Below are positions 58,659 through 64,000 of a stretch of 64,000 bases of DNA, piece after piece. The DNA comes from Roseibacillus sp. (GTDB taxonomy: Bacteria > Verrucomicrobiota > Verrucomicrobiia > Verrucomicrobiales > Akkermansiaceae). How positions within the stretch are numbered: the first letter of the stretch is position 1; each line of letters begins with the position of its first letter. The stretch is taken from the NCBI GenBank assembly GCA_965242925.1, contig CBDEUM010000012.1, positions 160,001 to 224,000 of the forward strand, in the 5' to 3' direction. The position numbers and the translations under genes are program-made. The notes below the pieces were generated by a model. That model was not told the origin of the DNA and searched no databases. It saw nothing but the letters and a program-made list of their open reading frames with translations.

Positions 58659-58802
58659 TGATGGCATTCGATGAATTTCAGGACTTGAGGTCAAGCTGTT
58701 GGAGCACCGACTCCCCTCACATGAGTCCGCTACGAGGGCAGGCCAGGACCGCCTGACAGAATCCGTCTTACCATTGCTCGCCCGATGGAGCCGCTCCACC
58801 CG

Positions 58803-59765
58803 CTACCGGGAAAGATTCTTTTCTCCCTCTTCCCCCATCCTGGCCTCCAAGGCCTCGTTACCACCCACCACGTAGTCACTCCGTGACTCCCGGGCCAGTG
58901 CTGCCATGGCACAGCCCCTTTTCAGGGCAAGATCCACCTCGTCCTCCAGAAGCGAGTAAAGCACACCAGCTGCAAAGGCATCCCCGGACCCGATCGGACT
59001 GACCACCTCGGACAGGAAGGCCCCGTGGTCACACAAATGGTCGTCAAGCAGGGCCCGGGCCCCAAGCGCACCCCGGGTGAGAACCACATTGGCAATTCCA
59101 AAATCATCCTGAAGGCGGTGCAATTCGTCGTCGGGATCTCCCGTGCGTTCCCATACCGTCCCCAGATCGTCCTGCCCGATGAAGAGCACGTCGATTCCGC
59201 TGATGATGGAGGATAGAACCTCGCGGGCCCGGGCCGGCTCCCAGAGCTTGGCACGATAGTTCACATCGAAGGAAACCCGCACCCCGGCCTTGCGCGCCAG
59301 CCGTACCGCTTCCGACACGGTGTGACGGCAGTTCTCCGAGAGGGCCGGGGTGATCCCGGTGGCATGAAAGAAGGTGCTTTGCTGCAGGGCCGTCAGATCT
59401 ACTTCCTGGATCTTGAACGATTCCACCGCCGCCCCCGCCCGGTCGTATGTGATCATCGTCCGGTTCCCGCCAAGCCCGGCTTCCACCCACATCTGTTCGT
59501 TACGTCCACTCTCGCTCCAGAAGACGGAGGAGACGTCCACGCCGTGGGCGCGAATCCCCGAGACAATGCGCTCCCCAAGGGATGTCCGTGCCACCTTGGA
59601 GTGCCAGGCTACCCGCTTCCCCAGTCGCGCGAGCGCGATCGCGCAATTGGACTCCGCCCCCGCAATGTCGAGACGGATGCCTTCGCTTGAAAGGAGAGGC
59701 GCCCCCGGCTCGGTGGTGAGGCTCAACATCGTCGAACCGAGGGTGGTGAGATCCCAGGTTTTCAT
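58803..59765 (-). CDS. PfkB-family sugar kinase (KdgK-like)
   Basis: AGAESNCA, TGITPALS, FDVNYRAKLW, GSGDAFAAG; start moved to ATG 59765. Confidence 0.9.
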   Translation of the reverse strand: MKTWDLTTLGSTMLSLTTEPGAPLLSSEGIRLDIAGAESNCAIALARLGKRVAWHSKVARTSLGERIVSGIRAHGVDVSSVFWSESGRNEQMWVEAGLGGNRTMITYDRAGAAVESFKIQEVDLTALQQSTFFHATGITPALSENCRHTVSEAVRLARKAGVRVSFDVNYRAKLWEPARAREVLSSIISGIDVLFIGQDDLGTVWERTGDPDDELHRLQDDFGIANVVLTRGALGARALLDDHLCDHGAFLSEVVSPIGSGDAFAAGVLYSLLEDEVDLALKRGCAMAALARESRSDYVVGGNEALEARMGEEGEKNLSR

Positions 59766-59838
59766 CTTATGCGAGGTCCACGCTACCCGGATCGTCCATT
59801 GTCGGATTCCACCGGAATGAAAAGGAAGGCGTCCGCAC

Positions 59839-61731
59839 CTAGGAGTGGGGCGGGTCCACCCGATCCAGACTGGCAGGAGCCACCACCGGTGCCTGACGGT
59901 CGTCCTGGCCTTCGACCTCCGCCGCCAGCGGCATGACCGCAATACCGGCAGCCGCGGCACCAGCCAGAAGCTGCTTGCGCTTGTTGGAGTGTCCGAAACG
60001 CTCCCGGCGAATGACCAGCGAGTTCCTGTCGTGGACGCGGTAGATCACATTCCGCACCTCGTCATCGCGGAAGAACTCACCACCCGCCTGGAAAATACGG
60101 TACCAGAGATGATAATCGTCGGCCCCGAGACCAACCGCGCGCTCCTGGTAGTTGCCCGCCTTGAGAGCAATCTTCGTCCGCATGGTAACCGACGAATGGG
60201 GCAGCATGTTGTCGTCCGAGTTACCGGTGAACATGGTCTCCAACGGCTTGTTGGGCCAGTGCAGGCGCGGGGCAATCTCTCCTTCCTGCAGGGTGTTGAG
60301 AAGGCAACCGTAAACATCCACCCCCTTCAGGTCCAGGGTCTGGACCGCCCGCTCAAGGTAGGTGGGCAGGAGCTGATCATCGTAGTCGAGGGGTTTGTAG
60401 AACTCCGTCTCGCACCGTTCGAGAGCCTGGCGGTGCAGCCAACTGCAATGTTCGATGTCGGCCTCGAGACCAGTGCATATCAGCGGCAGGTCATAGCGCG
60501 CGGCGAGCTTCTCGCCCAGCGACCACGGTCCATCTACCAGGAGAACAGTCTTGAACCTGCGGTAAGTCTGGGTCGCGACACTATTGATGGCTTCGTCAAG
60601 ATAGGAAACATCCACCCCGTCGTGGATGCGGACCCCGAAAGTCACACGAGCGTCTTCATGCTGCAGTCCGGTATGAGTAAGCCGCGCCAGGACCGGGCGA
60701 TAGGAGCGAGCGTAGTTGGAACCAAGGGAGAGCTGATCCATGGAGGCGAGACACTTGACCGGGTCGAGCCTGGCCGCCTTGAGGATGGCACGGTGCGCCA
60801 CCTTTGCCAGTCGCCTGGGATTGTCATTCCAGTCGATGAGGTAACCATTCTGTCCGTTCCTGATAAAATCCGCGATGCCACACGTTTTCGTCACCACTAC
60901 CGGGATGCTGCAGCTCAGGGCTTCCGCGGCGGTGAGGAGAAATCCTTCCTTTCGGCTATTGCCCAGCAGAACGTGGCAACCCTCCAAACGATGGCGATAA
61001 CTCAGAGCATTGAAGTCGAGAGGCCTGATATCGAACCGATCCATCACCCCCAGCTTGCGCGCCAGTTTCATGACGGCCTCCATCGCTTCACTCTGCACCC
61101 GGAGAGTGTAGTCCAGACCCGCGGTTTCAGCGCCAGTCCAGGCCCGCACCACAAGACGTGGGTTTTCGGCGAGGAGGTAGGGCAGAGTCATCAACCCCTT
61201 GTCTTCGAGTGGACGTCCCATCCAACCCACCACGATGCGTCCCTGGGGATCGTAATTCCCCTTGGCCATGCAGAACTCGGTCACCGGCGGAGGGAGAATC
61301 CCACCATCCACATGATCATTCTCGTCAATCCACTGCCCGTAGCGATCCATCACCTTTTGCGAAACACCCGCCACCGTCATTCCCCGACGACCCGCATACG
61401 CCTTGCTGAAATAACGCCAACCCGCCTCGTCCCAGGAATGGAGCACCAGCGAGGTCGGTCTCTCCGGCAGGCCCTCAAGGTTGCCGTAACTCAAGAACCA
61501 CGCACTCGGGTCATTGGGTGCCACCCGGGTGATCTCGCCACACGCGAATCCGTCCTCGACTGCCCTGTCGAGGAGCGGCGTGTCATCGGACTGGCAATAG
61601 AGCGTGGTCCGATCACGAACCCACGCCGGCAATGTTTCAATGTAACGCAAGACCGCTGTCTGGGCCCCTCCCAAGGCCATATTGTGACTCACGAAGCAGG
61701 GAGAAATCTGAGGGAGCATGGTGTGCGACAT
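59839..61731 (-). CDS. Bifunctional glycosyltransferase (GT4-like + GT2-like)
   Basis: GGAQ, GRPLEDKG, EGFLLTAAEAL (GT-B); SVATQTY, LVDG, LDYDD, ADDYHLW (GT-A). Confidence 0.85.
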   Translation of the reverse strand: MSHTMLPQISPCFVSHNMALGGAQTAVLRYIETLPAWVRDRTTLYCQSDDTPLLDRAVEDGFACGEITRVAPNDPSAWFLSYGNLEGLPERPTSLVLHSWDEAGWRYFSKAYAGRRGMTVAGVSQKVMDRYGQWIDENDHVDGGILPPPVTEFCMAKGNYDPQGRIVVGWMGRPLEDKGLMTLPYLLAENPRLVVRAWTGAETAGLDYTLRVQSEAMEAVMKLARKLGVMDRFDIRPLDFNALSYRHRLEGCHVLLGNSRKEGFLLTAAEALSCSIPVVVTKTCGIADFIRNGQNGYLIDWNDNPRRLAKVAHRAILKAARLDPVKCLASMDQLSLGSNYARSYRPVLARLTHTGLQHEDARVTFGVRIHDGVDVSYLDEAINSVATQTYRRFKTVLLVDGPWSLGEKLAARYDLPLICTGLEADIEHCSWLHRQALERCETEFYKPLDYDDQLLPTYLERAVQTLDLKGVDVYGCLLNTLQEGEIAPRLHWPNKPLETMFTGNSDDNMLPHSSVTMRTKIALKAGNYQERAVGLGADDYHLWYRIFQAGGEFFRDDEVRNVIYRVHDRNSLVIRRERFGHSNKRKQLLAGAAAAGIAVMPLAAEVEGQDDRQAPVVAPASLDRVDPPHS

Positions 61732-62041
61732 GGTAAGGATCGGTGAACTGTCGGGGGGCGCAGAGTTTACCGAACTCGGCCGCCGCTGGCAACAACCACG
61801 CGACGTGCCCTTATATTCCTACGGTGGTAATTCAGTCCAAAATATTCAAATTTCGTGCCAGAACCCCATTTTCCCCGGTTTTCCCCCGCTCTGTCACTAC
61901 ATGAAGTGACTCGCAGCCAACGCGCCCCAACTAGGAAGGATCGTTCTGTAAAATGCGGAAAAATGTTCAAGTGAAGACAATGGTGCTGTCACGCTGTAGA
62001 ATTCCTCTCGGCTGATTTAAACTGTTCCCAAGTTCGCCCCC

Positions 62042-64000
62042 ATGAAGCCCTGCCCCCTCGTCACGGTTCTCTGCCTCGTGTTCACGACGGCAGGGAATCT
62101 CGTGGGCGGGGAGAAACTCCACTGGTCCTTTCAGGAACTGCGGAAACCCGACCTGCCTTCTCCCTCACAGGATGGCTGGGGGCACAACGAGATCGACCGA
62201 TTCGTGAGTGGTCCCCTGCGGGCAGCGGGACTGGAACCCAGCTCCCGGGCCGACCCTCTCACCCTTCTCCGTCGCCTCACCCTTGACCTCACCGGCCTCC
62301 CCCCGACCCTCGGGGAAATCGAACGCTTCGAATCTGCGGTGGAGGACCAGGGTCCGGATCAGGCCTACCTTGGGCTCGTCAATCGCCTTCTTGCTTCACC
62401 TCATTACGGGGAACGCTGGGGACGGCACTGGCTCGACGTGGCCCGCTACGTACAGGGCAAGACCAAGGTGGCCGCGGTGGCCCGTACCGACATGGCTGAA
62501 CCCTACCGCGATTACGTGGTGCGCTCTCTCAATGCCGACAAGACCTTTGACCGATTTGTCCTCGAGCAGCTGGCCGGCGATCTCCTTGCGCGGGATCCTG
62601 CCACCGGGCAGGACCCCGAAGACGAGCAGTCCTACTTGGCCCTGATTTCCGCTCCCGGCTTTCTCTCCATCGGTCCATGGTTCGCAGACTGCGCCGATCC
62701 CAACTCGCTGCGCATGGACATCATCGACGAACAGATGACCACCACAACCCAGGCGTTCCTCGGCCTCAACTTCGGCTGCGCCCGTTGTCATGACCACTTC
62801 TTCGATCCCATCCCCACCCGGGACTACTACGCCCTGGCCGGGATTTTCGGGAGCACCCGGATCCTGAAGGAGAACAGCGAGAACTGGCGGGACGGACGCT
62901 ACCGGTTGACGCAACCCGAGGCCTCTGCGGAGCGGGTCGAGGCGGAACAACACGTCCGTGAAATCATCGCCAACCTGCGCCAGGACCGGTGGGAACACCT
63001 CATGGATGCTCGCGAGGGATTCGTGACCCGGCAAGTCGAGGCCCGGGGCAACTTCTACCGCCAGGCTCTCGGGAGCCTCCCTGCCATGCCGAGTGTTCAG
63101 ATCGAGGCGGAGGACTATAAGGGGCAAAACAACGTCCGCCGGATCGAACTGGGCGATGAGATGGTGGTGGAAACGCAGCGGGAACGCCTGCAATGGGTCG
63201 GCTGGCGCCCTGATCTTCCCGAGGCCGGAACATACACCCTCCTGATTCGGTGCGCAGCTCCGGAGTCCTACCGCGTGGAACTCAAGATCGACGGCAAATC
63301 CGTGGCGGAAGATCTCGCTCTCCCCGCTACCGGTGGCTGGGAACCCGAACACTTCCGCTGGGTCAGTCTCGGTCACTACCTCTTTCGCAAGGGGAAGAAC
63401 GACGTGCGATTCCGGGCACAGGATCACTCCTATCTTCCACGTCTCGACAAACTGCGCTTTGTCCGCACCCCACCCCAACGGGGGAAATGGCTCAATGCCG
63501 CTGTGAAGAAATTTGATGTTAACAAATCGATCCTCTCCGAACTGCAATTCGTACCCCGGGCCTGGCCCCCCGGCATTGCGGATCTTGAACGGTTCCTCAT
63601 ACCTCCCGCCCTGCCCCGGCTCGACGCAGAAATTGCAGCGCTCCACGACCTCCACCCTCCATTGCCCCGCATGCTCGCGGTGACCGATGCCACCGAGACC
63701 CGGAATGAACCCGTCCACCGCAGCGGTGACGTCTACGACGTGGAGAAGGAAGCCGTCCCGCGCGCCGTTCCCTCCTTCGCCAGAAACCTTCTCCGCAGCC
63801 CGACGATTCCGGGCAACGCGAGCGGACGTCTCCAACTCGCGCAGTGGATAACAGATCCCAAGAACCCACTCACCGCCCGCGTGATCGCCAACCGTCTCTG
63901 GCAAGGGCACTTCGGGACCGGCATCGTGGCCACCCCGGGCGATTTCGGAATACAGGGAGCCCGTCCCAGCAATCAACCTCTCCTCGACTTTCTTGCCACC
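62042..64000 (+). CDS. DUF1549/DUF1553 haem-c protein with internal CBM-like domain (3' end beyond window)
   Basis: Manual translation from ATG 62042: signal peptide, HWSF, IDRFV, LTGLPP, YGERWGRHWLDVARY, CARCHDH (62777), NPLTARVIANRLWQGHFG; missing from the ORF track because it has no stop in the window. Confidence 0.9.
   Translation, partial: MKPCPLVTVLCLVFTTAGNLVGGEKLHWSFQELRKPDLPSPSQDGWGHNEIDRFVSGPLRAAGLEPSSRADPLTLLRRLTLDLTGLPPTLGEIERFESAVEDQGPDQAYLGLVNRLLASPHYGERWGRHWLDVARYVQGKTKVAAVARTDMAEPYRDYVVRSLNADKTFDRFVLEQLAGDLLARDPATGQDPEDEQSYLALISAPGFLSIGPWFADCADPNSLRMDIIDEQMTTTTQAFLGLNFGCARCHDHFFDPIPTRDYYALAGIFGSTRILKENSENWRDGRYRLTQPEASAERVEAEQHVREIIANLRQDRWEHLMDAREGFVTRQVEARGNFYRQALGSLPAMPSVQIEAEDYKGQNNVRRIELGDEMVVETQRERLQWVGWRPDLPEAGTYTLLIRCAAPESYRVELKIDGKSVAEDLALPATGGWEPEHFRWVSLGHYLFRKGKNDVRFRAQDHSYLPRLDKLRFVRTPPQRGKWLNAAVKKFDVNKSILSELQFVPRAWPPGIADLERFLIPPALPRLDAEIAALHDLHPPLPRMLAVTDATETRNEPVHRSGDVYDVEKEAVPRAVPSFARNLLRSPTIPGNASGRLQLAQWITDPKNPLTARVIANRLWQGHFGTGIVATPGDFGIQGARPSNQPLLDFLAT

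Noticed and set aside
59845..61746. 633-aa plus-strand ORF
   Set aside because: Mirror of the glycosyltransferase, which carries the real motifs
62396..63976. 526-aa minus-strand ORF
   Set aside because: Antisense to the open-ended plus-strand DUF1549/DUF1553 gene

Overview
GC-rich bacterial chromosomal segment. Gene content points to Verrucomicrobiota/PVC, an inference from DUF1501 and DUF1549/DUF1553 genes, lamin-tail/CotH proteins and a tuf-less str-S10 junction. Bases 1-8.2 kb hold the minus-strand str-S10 cluster (rpsL-rpsG-fusA-rpsJ-rplC-rplD-rplW-rplB-rpsS-[extra exported-protein gene]-rplV-rpsC partial). Then come a CAT-anticodon tRNA, a beta-CASP nuclease, lpxD with two Skp paralogues, panC, a nagB-nagA-Nramp-like operon, nadB, a GH3 glucosidase, waaA/rsmD and envelope hypotheticals, and a DUF62 SAM hydrolase. 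The right half has two giant tandem secreted lamin-tail/CotH-kinase proteins with a shared C-terminal module, a DUF1549/1553 cytochrome with two DUF1501 genes, a Rieske plus cytochrome b-diheme c fusion, sugar-metabolism genes, and a second DUF1549/1553 protein running off the right edge. I saw no mobile element or CRISPR array. Strongest leads: the non-ribosomal gene inside the S10 operon, the candidate C-terminal sorting domain on the secreted kinases, the unusual cytochrome b, and two N-terminal frameshifts. All family calls come from motif recognition by eye; no database searches were run.
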